The notes: generated by a model not told the origin, from the sequence alone. A stretch of DNA of 20,000 nucleotides from an uncultured virus (IMG/VR IMGVR_UViG_3300037657_000059) (IMGVR_UViG_3300037657_000059), one strand, 5' to 3'; shown: positions 1 through 8,758, counted from the first letter of the stretch. Numbers and translations are program-made.

Positions 1-1388
1 ACTTCCGGGAATTTCCGATCAATATCTATCTGATCGCCCCAATCATCTTTGGTGATTGCCATCACAACAGGAATACTGCTCCGGTTCGCAACTGCCACCA
101 GCTGCGCGGGGATTTCTACAAATAAACGATCATACCGATCGCAACATGGACGTGCCAGCATTCTCTGCTCTGCGATCTTCTCAATCTGGCTCCAGATTTT
201 ATCAATACTCAATTCTATTTCCGGCATTCGTCTGGTATCGCCACTCAGAAAAACATCCATCACCATCGTGGCAGTTGATCTCCAATACAGGAGATCAAAT
301 AAGGCTTTGTCCACAGTAGGAGAGGAAAATTCATCCCAATCAGCTGGCGTTTCTGCGTTCGTATAATAAGCAGGATCCGTGCTGATGTGTTTCATCAATT
401 CATTGGATCCAAGGACCTTGAAATTTACGGTCCCTTTTTCTCCATCATATTCAATCGATTCTCCGTCAATTCTTCCCAGTGTAATGACGTTCTCATAGCC
501 AGCCAGGTATCCCAGGCTTTGCTGCGTGGATCCATACCAATCCTCTGCAAATAAAACCACCAGCGCATTTTCAACCACATCCGCTTCTTCCGCTTCATCT
601 CTCAATGCGATCTCAAATTGCCAACCGCCGTTATCCACATCCCCGTGGCAACTTATTAATTCAAAATCCTCAGCTGGGAGATGTTCATCATCATACACAT
701 AGACTCTGCGGTATCCTGTGGATGATTTTCCATTCCCAGCGGTCACTGTACAGGAAATCCTCTTCCATCCTGGCGAATTATATGTAATTGTTGGTGAATT
801 TGTATTCAGATCGGCTGTAGCGCTCGCTCCAGGAGCTGCCCAGGCGTAAGAACTGATCGTAGACCCCAAAACCCACGATCCGGACCCATCAGGTTCAAAA
901 TCTACACTACCATCAATAAGTTTTAAAACTGCATGCGGACCCATCACGGGTACAGGAGCAAAATTAGCATGCTGATCAACGTATGTAACATCCCAATCAA
1001 CATAGATCTGATCTGATAAAACCTGTGGCAGTTTCGCTCGCAATTCAAAATCATCAATCACGGTTAAATAAAGATCATTTGCCCACTCAACCTCACTGGT
1101 AGCTCCAATATAAAACGTACTCGCACCAGGTGTTTTTCTGATCCTCACCGTGCCTTTATCTCTGGAACCTGCACTTGTCCCCACCAACAAGGTCATTCCC
1201 ACCAGCACATTTCCCAAAGTTCCAGATCCGCCATCAAACGTGATCTCGGTCACAGGGTCTCCAAACGTGCTCTGGTTGACTCTGGCCGTGTACACCGTGG
1301 ATGGCTTAAATATCGCCAGGAATAACCTGGACCGCTGGTGATCCGATCTTAACAATGTCAGTTCGTCATTCGTTACCGCTCGCGCCAT
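1..1388 (-). CDS. Tail tip/hub-like structural protein with PKD/Ig-like segment; 3' end runs off the window (>462 aa)
   Basis: Not in the ORF track; manual translation from ATG 1388 (MARAVTNDELTLLRSDHQRS...) stays open to base 1. Segment DGSGSWVLGSTISSYAW...TITYNSPGWKRISCTVT resembles PKD. Lies downstream of TMP and Dit. Confidence 0.7.
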   Translation of the reverse strand, partial: MARAVTNDELTLLRSDHQRSRLFLAIFKPSTVYTARVNQSTFGDPVTEITFDGGSGTLGNVLVGMTLLVGTSAGSRDKGTVRIRKTPGASTFYIGATSEVEWANDLYLTVIDDFELRAKLPQVLSDQIYVDWDVTYVDQHANFAPVPVMGPHAVLKLIDGSVDFEPDGSGSWVLGSTISSYAWAAPGASATADLNTNSPTITYNSPGWKRISCTVTAGNGKSSTGYRRVYVYDDEHLPAEDFELISCHGDVDNGGWQFEIALRDEAEEADVVENALVVLFAEDWYGSTQQSLGYLAGYENVITLGRIDGESIEYDGEKGTVNFKVLGSNELMKHISTDPAYYTNAETPADWDEFSSPTVDKALFDLLYWRSTATMVMDVFLSGDTRRMPEIELSIDKIWSQIEKIAEQRMLARPCCDRYDRLFVEIPAQLVAVANRSSIPVVMAITKDDWGDQIDIDRKFPE

Positions 1389-1400
1389 TTATCCAACCTT

Positions 1401-2342
1401 CTACTCCATATACTTGATGCCAGCATGAACAATAGCTGACCATCCAAAAGCATCCTTCACCCAAACGCTGGATGCTGAACTAACGTAAATATCAAGAATT
1501 TCTACCTCTGATCCTGCTGATCGCATGCCCAAACTTGTTGAACTTGTATTCGGTTCTTTTCTGATTGTTACTACTCGTAGTGTCTTTAGGATTGCAGGAG
1601 TTGGTTGTGGAACCCATCCTTCTCGTGGAGCACCACACTTCCCACAATGACCACGAGAATCATTTTCCGTATATTGTCCGCAATACTCACACCAGAATTT
1701 TCCTATCGGAATTGTTGGTGGAAGATCATCTACAATCTTGAAATGCTCGTTGTATTCTTGGTCTGTCCCATTGAATTTGTTCCCATCAACGCCGGAATAA
1801 TACCAATCAACTTTTAGATTATCGGTATGTTGCCAAATTACCCATTTCTTCCAAGACGAGTATCTTGGTAGAGAGGGAACAATCACACCGTAATGAGCAA
1901 TCCACAAATCACGATCTGCAAACATGGTGCTCTTACTTCCCATAATCTCGAACCAGGCATATACACCAGTGTAAATTCCAACTTTCTTTCCGTAGAGCTT
2001 CTCGATCTCATTATGATATTGAATCACCACGTCACTGGTCAAACCAGTTACAGGTCGTCTATCTTCAACATCATTCCACAATCCAAGTCGAAGCTTCTTT
2101 CCTTTTATAGCTTCATAGAAAATAGCTGCCTGTTGTTTTCCAGTGTAATTTCCAATGACATAATGATAGACGCCGATAGGAACATTCCTCTTCAATAATT
2201 CCTCATAGTGCTTTTCGAATTGAGTGTCTACCCAAATACCATAAGCACCACGCAGAATTACACCACTGACTGACTCTGCTAACTTATCATAGTCAATGGT
2301 TGATGCTGGTTGCCAAAACGAGATATCTACTATTGGCTTCAA
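1401..2342 (-). CDS. GH25 muramidase (endolysin-type) with internal Zn-ribbon and C-terminal SH3b-like domain
   Basis: GH25 motifs VDISFWQ, GVYHY, LWNDVED (DxE), GIYTG, LWIAHY, WVIWQHT, VDGN; C-terminal TIRKEPNTSS...WVK...GW; TTG start with AAGGA RBS. Confidence 0.9.
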   Translation of the reverse strand: MKPIVDISFWQPASTIDYDKLAESVSGVILRGAYGIWVDTQFEKHYEELLKRNVPIGVYHYVIGNYTGKQQAAIFYEAIKGKKLRLGLWNDVEDRRPVTGLTSDVVIQYHNEIEKLYGKKVGIYTGVYAWFEIMGSKSTMFADRDLWIAHYGVIVPSLPRYSSWKKWVIWQHTDNLKVDWYYSGVDGNKFNGTDQEYNEHFKIVDDLPPTIPIGKFWCEYCGQYTENDSRGHCGKCGAPREGWVPQPTPAILKTLRVVTIRKEPNTSSTSLGMRSAGSEVEILDIYVSSASSVWVKDAFGWSAIVHAGIKYME

Positions 2343-2387
2343 AATAATCCTTTATTTAATAGTCTGTTTCTCATCTTTTCACCTTTT

Positions 2388-2418
2388 CCTGAATCCTCAA
2401 TCCTCAAACCTGAATCCT
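2388..2418. repeat. Heptamer tandem repeat (CCTGAAT/CCTCAAT, about 4.4 units)
   Basis: cctgaat cctcaat cctcaaa cctgaat cct in the Dit-lysin intergenic region. Confidence 0.85.
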
Positions 2419-2419
2419 A

Positions 2420-2815
2420 TTAACTAATCTCTTCCTGCTCAATCAAATACTGAAACTTAATCATCAAATTGAACACCAACTCAGCACGGATATCTTCCTC
2501 CTCCGGCCAAACCATCACAGCCCGGAATGTCTTGAATTCCAGATCGTCTCCATCGGTCGGAGTACAGATATAAACAATCTCACTGGTACCCGAGCAAAAC
2601 TCCCTCAAAAAATCCCGCTGCGTAAGATCCAGCATCGGAAAATTCCAGCTTGCCTGTGGCCAGCCAAAATCACGCACCTTGCCGCTCGCCAGAGTAACCC
2701 GCTCCGATCCAGCCCGAAAAGTTGCCTGGGGAGTTGGAAGATCATTGTAAAGATTATTCAGCTCCTCCATCCCTTCCAGCGTGGCACCGATCATGTAATC
2801 CAATGTCTGTGTCAA
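2420..2815 (-). CDS. Distal tail protein (Dit/gpM)-like
   Basis: 131 aa, directly after TMP with TTGA overlap; size and position typical of Dit. Confidence 0.55.
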   Translation of the reverse strand: MTQTLDYMIGATLEGMEELNNLYNDLPTPQATFRAGSERVTLASGKVRDFGWPQASWNFPMLDLTQRDFLREFCSGTSEIVYICTPTDGDDLEFKTFRAVMVWPEEEDIRAELVFNLMIKFQYLIEQEEIS

Positions 2816-4590
2816 TTAATCACCGCCTTAAATTTTGTGTCAAACATTTTACTAAATTCAAGTCTAAGATTTCTCTTTGCGCTTTCAGAAATATCCCCAT
2901 AGAACACAAATTTATTATCATTTGTAATTCCATAGGATGGTTTGAAGTTCGAGGAAATTTGTTCCCGAACAACACCATTAATTTTTATTGGTTCACGTGG
3001 ATAAGAATTGTCAAAAGGTTTTACAACTTTGGAGTAGTAATTGATATAACTTTGAGCAGTTTGAGAAAATCCTTTCTCAAGTCCTTCTTGATAATTTGTA
3101 AATACTTCTTTGAAATTCTTCAAAATGTAGCGTAATCTCGCAACAACTTTGTCCATTGAATTTCCTAAGACACCTTCTTCAAATCCTTTCATCATATTTT
3201 TTCCCACATCAAAGAAAACTTTTGAAGGAGAATGCATTCCTAAAATTCTTTTTACTACTTCAATAATGTTTTTTACAGGGTTTACAACGGACAAAATGAA
3301 TGAATTAGCCATTGATTGAATGCCGTTGATCATTCCCGCCATTATTTGTCGACCAATATTATTGAAGGACGGCAACATTTTTCTTAAATTGTCAAACAAC
3401 TTTTTTAGTATGATTTTTTCAAGTTCTAATATTGCCTTAAAATTTGCCCACGCCTCAGGACCTGCCTCTTTGATTAAAATTATCAAGGCTGCAATCGCTA
3501 TTCCAAGTGCCAGAGCCGGGCCGATTGCTGCACCTAATGCGCCTCCGACTGCAACTAATGTTCCTTTCATTCCGGCCAAAGCCCCTCCTGTCAGTCCAAT
3601 TTTGGCAGCCAACCCGGCAAACGAAAACCCTAATTTCCCGGTGGCAGCAGCTGCTGTACTGGCAGCAACAGTTTTGGCACCAAAAGCCTTGGTAATCCAA
3701 CCCAGTACCTTGGCAACATTTCCACCCACAGTCAGAATGGGACCCAAAGCCGCAGCAACCATCAGCAACTGAACAATTGCTTTTTTAAGTGCAGGGTCCA
3801 TATTATTAAATTTTTGTAGTAATGGAATCAATATATTGATCAAATCCGTTACCGCTGGAACCAACTCAGCGCCAAAACTTGTTAATAATTCTTGTGACAA
3901 TGCACCAAGTATTTTTGTTGAATTTGCCAATCCACCAGATGTGTTGATGAAGTCTCCCATTTCATCCTTGGATTGTTCCAGCAATGTTCCATACCTGGCC
4001 AGCGCTAGCTCTGCATTTGTCATAGCGTCAATAGATGCCGCAATTCCATTCGCCATCGCATATGATTGAACAGCGGAAACACTCAAATCTTTTCCAAGCG
4101 CCCTTAATGGTTCTGATGAACCAACTAATCCAGCTTTGATTTTTTCAAACGCTTCCTCAGCTGAGAGATTATGAAAACTGCCATAGTCAGATGTAAGTTG
4201 AACAAGAGCCTTACTCATTTTTGCTACTTCGGCTTCTCCAAGCCCCATATTTTTTAGAATTGCGCCATATGTACTTGCAAATCCTAACGCCTCATTTTGT
4301 GTCATACCCAAATCAGTTGCTGCTGTGCTTGCAAACTTATGAATATCTTTTGCCATATCCCCAAAAACAACATTTGCCTTATTTCTTGATTCCTCTAAAT
4401 CGGATGCCATCTTTACTGCAGCAGTTCCAGCAGCCACCAAAGGCAATGTCAAACCAACAGTCATCTTATTGCCAACATTGATCATGCTATCACCCACCTT
4501 GGTGAGCTTTTTTGATGCTGAGTCCAATCCTGAGGTGAATTCACTCACATCTGTGACCAGTTTCACTACCAGTTTTGCTAGAGTCGCCAT
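2812..4590 (-). CDS. Tail tape measure protein
   Basis: MATLAKLVVKL start, TVGLTLPLVAAG, Ala/Gly-rich helical composition, LGMHSPSKVF motif; follows the TAC genes. Confidence 0.93.
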   Translation of the reverse strand: MATLAKLVVKLVTDVSEFTSGLDSASKKLTKVGDSMINVGNKMTVGLTLPLVAAGTAAVKMASDLEESRNKANVVFGDMAKDIHKFASTAATDLGMTQNEALGFASTYGAILKNMGLGEAEVAKMSKALVQLTSDYGSFHNLSAEEAFEKIKAGLVGSSEPLRALGKDLSVSAVQSYAMANGIAASIDAMTNAELALARYGTLLEQSKDEMGDFINTSGGLANSTKILGALSQELLTSFGAELVPAVTDLINILIPLLQKFNNMDPALKKAIVQLLMVAAALGPILTVGGNVAKVLGWITKAFGAKTVAASTAAAATGKLGFSFAGLAAKIGLTGGALAGMKGTLVAVGGALGAAIGPALALGIAIAALIILIKEAGPEAWANFKAILELEKIILKKLFDNLRKMLPSFNNIGRQIMAGMINGIQSMANSFILSVVNPVKNIIEVVKRILGMHSPSKVFFDVGKNMMKGFEEGVLGNSMDKVVARLRYILKNFKEVFTNYQEGLEKGFSQTAQSYINYYSKVVKPFDNSYPREPIKINGVVREQISSNFKPSYGITNDNKFVFYGDISESAKRNLRLEFSKMFDTKFKAVIN

Positions 4591-4593
4591 AGA

Positions 4594-4945
4594 TCAGGTC
4601 CCCGGCAATCGTTTTGCACCAAAACCCGAGAAAATATTGCTCAATTTCTGCATCACTTCCTCAGGAGATTTTTCAACTTCATTTGTGAATACTTCACGCA
4701 TAAAATCTGTTGGTTGGTATGGTTTCGGTTTTTCTTTGTCATCCCTCGCAGTGTTGGCAATCATACTGGTGACAGTGGCCATGCGATATTCATCCTGAAA
4801 AGCCCCAAAGGGTTCCAGGCTGAAAAATGCAATCCACTCATCCAATAATCTTGACGGCATATTCTCCATCATTCCATCCACATCCCATTCACCAACAGCC
4901 AGCGCCAGCCGGAAAGCAAATCGCCTTCGCTGGCGCTCCTTTAGT
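4594..4945 (-). CDS. Tail assembly chaperone T part (C-terminus of the G-T frameshift product)
   Basis: The -1 frame after the slippery site reads LKERQRRRFAFRLALAVGEWDVDGMMENMPSRLLDEWIAFFSLEPFG, continuous with track ORF 4594..4881. Confidence 0.88.
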
Positions 4946-5309
4946 TTTTTGTGATCTCTTCCAGATCATTCTCGGTGATGCCGGATAACCGGGCAGCCAC
5001 ATCATAAATACGATCGATTACCGCAGCACTCTGCCCGCCGATCGCCAGCACATCCTCATCCGTGAAAACCAATTCACCAGAATCAGGATCGATCACAGAA
5101 GCAGCAACCAAACGCGCCCTGGCATTCTGCAGCCTGAGTTTCATCTGGCCTTTGCCAGCATCCTGCAGGTTGGATTGCTCCCACTTGTCACGCGCTGAGG
5201 ACATCAATTCCTTCACGCGCACCTTCGCATCCCATTCCGGAATCTCCACATCCTCAAACCGCACCGGTCTCTTTTTCAGAAACTCTTCCTTCGTCAAATA
5301 TTTACTCAT
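4941..5309 (-). CDS. Tail assembly chaperone (gpG-like); in-frame upstream start possible at 5522
   Basis: ATG 5309 with GAGGTG RBS; VEIPEWDAKVRVKEL and LVAASVIDPDSGELVF patterns; lies before TMP. Confidence 0.88.
   Translation of the reverse strand: MSKYLTKEEFLKKRPVRFEDVEIPEWDAKVRVKELMSSARDKWEQSNLQDAGKGQMKLRLQNARARLVAASVIDPDSGELVFTDEDVLAIGGQSAAVIDRIYDVAARLSGITENDLEEITKN
4944..4950 (-). other. -1 programmed ribosomal frameshift heptamer A AAA AAC
   Basis: ACA AAA AAC TAA at the end of G, matching X XXY YYZ, with an open -1 frame. Confidence 0.9.
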
Positions 5310-5477
5310 AGCCACCTCTTCAACTGCTCCAACTAGATTTTTGTAATACTCATTTTCTTTCTCAATGAGTTCTTCCCTGCTTTTCTCAAATTTCTCAATT
5401 GCATTCAATTCGTTATCAAGCTTTACGAATACATCTTCTAAATATTCAGCCAATTCTTCACCAGTTGGTGATATTTC

Positions 5478-5525
5478 TTTGGACACTTTTTCGGACACTT
5501 CTTTGGACATTTTCCTGGACATTTT
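5478..5525. repeat. Imperfect 12-bp tandem repeat x4 (MSRK/MSKE/VSEK/VSKE)
   Basis: tttggacacttt ttcggacacttc tttggacatttt cctggacatttt. Confidence 0.8.
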
Positions 5526-5530
5526 TTCCT

Positions 5531-5590
5531 TTCGCCTTATCACCCCCTTTGGGGGTTCGCCTTTAGCCTTTAGCCTACGAGCTACGAGCT
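5531..5590 (-). repeat. Hairpin element between 7-bp direct repeats, within a heptamer array (copy 1)
   Basis: Minus strand AGGCGAA-CCCCCAAAGGGGGTGATA-AGGCGAA; plus-strand array ttcgcct ttagcct ttagcct acgagct acgagct at 5556-5590. Confidence 0.8.
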
Positions 5591-6529
5591 AGCATACTTC
5601 TCCACCAGCTCCACAAACCTTCCCGCGTTAAAAGCATCCCCAATCATCCTCTCCTTCCAGCTCTTCCCGACATTCCTTTTCATCACCCGTTCCAGCATGA
5701 GTCGCAAGGCTGGTCCATCCCCGGCATTCTCCGCTTCCATCGGATAGCGCAGCAGCTGCTGGTACTTGTCATAACTCTTCGCCCATTTCATCGTGGCAGC
5801 ATGATTCCCGCTATGCGGGATATTCTGATCACCGAACATGATCACCGGCTTTCCCATCGCTACCGCCATATAAGCCATTGTCTGATGACCAATCACAACA
5901 TCAGCAGCTCTAATATCTTCCCAAACATCGCTGATTTGTGCTCTTCCCAGTTTGTACTTTGGACCCACCATCTTGCGAATCCCGCTCAAATCAATCCTCT
6001 TGATATGTCGTACGGTCAGATCGATCCCTGGGGTATTCATCAACATCGAATAGATTCTGATATTGGTGTTTTTATCAATCTCATGCAGATACCCGTTCCC
6101 GTTCGGGTGGATCGGGCCAAACAGAACTTTGATCTTTCTCTTGATCTCCACCGGCTTCCAATCCAGGATCGGGCATAAACTCCAGCCAATCGGCTCGATC
6201 GGAAGGGGATATCCATACAACCTCATAATCTCCGCCTGCCCCTCACTCATCACAAACATGACTCTGGTATGCTTCCATAATGGATACATGCCATCCCACT
6301 GCAGGTTCGGCCGTGCCGCGTGAGGGTACATCAAAACCGGTACCTTCCTGCGATTCAGCTCATCCAGCGGAATACGAAAACCCATCCCGGCAGGTCCAAC
6401 ATCATGATCAAAGAGCGCAACCTTCACGCCATCTTCCATTGGATTCACAGCCTGACGCCATCCGGCAGCATTCATTGCCTGGCTATATGCCATACTTTTA
6501 TTTTGATGATTGCTTATATAGTAGACCAA
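5582..6529 (-). CDS. GT-B fold glycosyltransferase-like protein (capsule-biosynthesis/glycerophosphotransferase/sialyltransferase-like)
   Basis: C-terminal signature IRAADVVIGHQTMAYMAVAMGKPVIMF; VPVLMYPHA and KVLFGPIHP; TTG start with GGAG RBS. Confidence 0.65.
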   Translation of the reverse strand: MVYYISNHQNKSMAYSQAMNAAGWRQAVNPMEDGVKVALFDHDVGPAGMGFRIPLDELNRRKVPVLMYPHAARPNLQWDGMYPLWKHTRVMFVMSEGQAEIMRLYGYPLPIEPIGWSLCPILDWKPVEIKRKIKVLFGPIHPNGNGYLHEIDKNTNIRIYSMLMNTPGIDLTVRHIKRIDLSGIRKMVGPKYKLGRAQISDVWEDIRAADVVIGHQTMAYMAVAMGKPVIMFGDQNIPHSGNHAATMKWAKSYDKYQQLLRYPMEAENAGDGPALRLMLERVMKRNVGKSWKERMIGDAFNAGRFVELVEKYASS

Positions 6530-7308
6530 GGCATAATCTCCATCTTCTGCAATAACCCATTCGAATGATCCACCCAGCGCACACCTTCAGCTTCCAGGAA
6601 GGGGATAAAGCGCCGTAAATACTCAGCGGTATCAAACCATTGCCAGGTTGTCTGCGCGCCGCATACGTCAATAAATGATTTCTCATTGAAATAGCGTCCC
6701 GGTTCGTACGTCTTTGGATACTCATACCAGTGCTGCGATTCTGCCAGCATCAAATCAAACCCGATCGTATGCACCTCAGCAACCCCAAGGATTCCGGCCA
6801 AATGCAAGCCCTGCAATCCTACGGTGCCAATCGTCAGCTCGGCAGCATCCACACCTTCACGCCCCACCGATGGACCCACCAGCAGACCCCTTCCATATTC
6901 ACGCACACTGAATTCCTTTGGTAGATATTCCAGTTCCAGACCATACGCCCGCCTCACTTTGATCACATTGCTCTGATCTTTTAACAGGCGATAACTCTTA
7001 TCATTCACCAGCCTGACCTTCGCGCCGGTGCGCAAAAACATTTCCATGATCGGAATGTATCGTTTGTTTTTATGTTTCTGTGCCTGGGAGAATGTATGCT
7101 GCATATTTTCAATGCACAGCCAATAATCCAGCTGTGGGATCTGTCCATTCACACCATTTACGCCAATCACAAAATCAAACGCCAGCGAGCTGGCAAGTTT
7201 CTGCCAATTCACGCCGGAGGGACCGCCCAAAACCAGCAGGGCACGCTCTCCGGCGTGTTTTCCGGTCAGTTGCATCATTGCGTTGGGATCATCATTTCTA
7301 TCAGCCAT
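6514..7308 (-). CDS. Maf/DUF115 (MptE-like)/CstII-like glycosyltransferase fold protein
   Basis: GKHAGERALLVLGGPS, DFVIGVN, DYW, TVGLQGLHLAGILGVAEVHTIGFD..HWY match the Maf/GT42-type pattern; likely start ATG 7308. Confidence 0.7.
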   Translation of the reverse strand: MADRNDDPNAMMQLTGKHAGERALLVLGGPSGVNWQKLASSLAFDFVIGVNGVNGQIPQLDYWLCIENMQHTFSQAQKHKNKRYIPIMEMFLRTGAKVRLVNDKSYRLLKDQSNVIKVRRAYGLELEYLPKEFSVREYGRGLLVGPSVGREGVDAAELTIGTVGLQGLHLAGILGVAEVHTIGFDLMLAESQHWYEYPKTYEPGRYFNEKSFIDVCGAQTTWQWFDTAEYLRRFIPFLEAEGVRWVDHSNGLLQKMEIMPWSTI

Positions 7309-7315
7309 AATCGAC

Positions 7316-7810
7316 TCAGACAGAGGTATCCTCGGTAAATTCGTACTCATCCAGATCCGCTGGTCCACTCAATTTGATCGAGACATCCTGGCGCACCAGA
7401 TCATTCATCGGGTATTTCTGCCCCATCTTGGTGATGTGACCCTTGAACTCATACCCCCAGCGATACCCGGTTTGTCCGGGGATGGGAGGTAAGACTCGGA
7501 AGGTCGCATTTTCGCGATCATAATAAGCCGCTTCAAGGCCAGTAGTAGCATCATGGCTCGGATCCCTTGGATCAAACTGGATCGTGAAATTGACCTCTCC
7601 GCCGTCCATCAATCCGGGCATGAACTCTTTATGCTTGTTAGGGCTGCGTAGATGAGTCGCTTCAATCGAATCACGTGAGCGTGTCGGACCGTCCAGATCC
7701 TCAACCCGCGCAATGGTCGTGAAAATACTATCTATTGATCTTTTGATCTGCAAAGCAGTATCGTAAGCCCAGGTGGGCTCTGCAATTCCATCTGCAATTT
7801 GTTCACTCAT
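7316..7810 (-). CDS. Major tail (tube) protein
   Basis: DSIEATHLRSPNKHKEFMPGLMDGGEVNFTIQFDP and IKLSGP, gpV-like; GAGGAG RBS. Confidence 0.92.
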   Translation of the reverse strand: MSEQIADGIAEPTWAYDTALQIKRSIDSIFTTIARVEDLDGPTRSRDSIEATHLRSPNKHKEFMPGLMDGGEVNFTIQFDPRDPSHDATTGLEAAYYDRENATFRVLPPIPGQTGYRWGYEFKGHITKMGQKYPMNDLVRQDVSIKLSGPADLDEYEFTEDTSV

Positions 7811-7815
7811 TTTTT

Positions 7816-8211
7816 TTACTCCTCGTAATATTCAATTCTGTAATCCTGGCGCACCGTAAAACTCTTAGTATCCAGGTTGAATCCGTCATACTCATTTTCA
7901 AGGTGCATGCTGGCGATTCTCACGCCTCCTACACGCCCCTTGAATCCATCCAGTCTCAGGCGCAGCACATTGCCAACCACCAGCGCTTTGTCGTAACTGG
8001 CTGCTTTGATGGTGATCTGCATTCTGGCAGCTGGCGTTTTCGATGGTCCCTGATGCGAGCGTTTCCGCTGGGTAGTGATCGTCTGGTAACAGGCAGCTGG
8101 TAAGGCAGCATTCTGGGGAATCATCAATGGATAGAACCGGTTTCCGATCTGTTCAAAACAGGAAGGATCCTCAGTCACAATCGCATACAAGGCTTCATCA
8201 ATTCTGGCCAT
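7816..8211 (-). CDS. Tail terminator/completion protein (DUF3168-like)
   Basis: RFYPLMIPQNAALPA, RMQITI, LRLRLDGF; GGAG RBS before ATG 8211; position. Confidence 0.82.
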   Translation of the reverse strand: MARIDEALYAIVTEDPSCFEQIGNRFYPLMIPQNAALPAACYQTITTQRKRSHQGPSKTPAARMQITIKAASYDKALVVGNVLRLRLDGFKGRVGGVRIASMHLENEYDGFNLDTKSFTVRQDYRIEYYEE

Positions 8212-8758
8212 ATCGACTCTCCACCAATTTATCAATCTCTTTCCGGAATACCTCTCCGGCCGCATCTCTGGCAGCGTCTTGCTTGCTGTCAGCTGCAGGT
8301 CTCAAAAACGGTTTGGCAGCCATGCCAGGGTGCTCCACGCTTTTTGTAATAATCAACCCGTTTCTTCCTTCGAATGCCAGCGATCCAACAACTTTTCTTT
8401 GTTCTGGTGCCTGATTCTTTTTTGATTTTCGATGTTTGAAAGAAACATAATTTTCTTTTTTCCCTGTTACTTCGTGTGTTGATGAACCAAACTCAAAGAA
8501 GCGCAGATACCATTTTTCTTCATCAAAGCCGATATCCACCTCAGCCGTACCACCATCGATCTTTTCATTGCCAATCAAAATTGGTTCTCCACCAGGAGAA
8601 TTTATTTGCGCAGCACCACGAATCGGATCAGCTCCGGCTTTGGCAGCTGTGAGCAAAGCAGCTCTGGCATATTTTCCCAGGCGATCCAGTTTCTCTTTCA
8701 ATTCCTTATCGCCTTTCATTTTTAGCGAACTGGTTATTTTGTTAGACGCTTTCGCCAT
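8198..8758 (-). CDS. HK97 gp10-like putative tail/neck component
   Basis: WYLRFFEFGS and HPGMAAKPFLRPA motifs. Confidence 0.85.
   Translation of the reverse strand: MAKASNKITSSLKMKGDKELKEKLDRLGKYARAALLTAAKAGADPIRGAAQINSPGGEPILIGNEKIDGGTAEVDIGFDEEKWYLRFFEFGSSTHEVTGKKENYVSFKHRKSKKNQAPEQRKVVGSLAFEGRNGLIITKSVEHPGMAAKPFLRPAADSKQDAARDAAGEVFRKEIDKLVESRYGQN

Noticed and set aside
5523..5543. GTG starts giving MIRRKE N-termini (here and at 12533)
   Set aside because: Artefact of the repeated hairpin element; ATGs with RBS lie just downstream
7308..7368. Tube-to-glycosyltransferase frameshift fusion
   Set aside because: The +1 frame is open over the last ~17 tube codons, but no recognisable shift site is present; ATG 7308 is the simpler start
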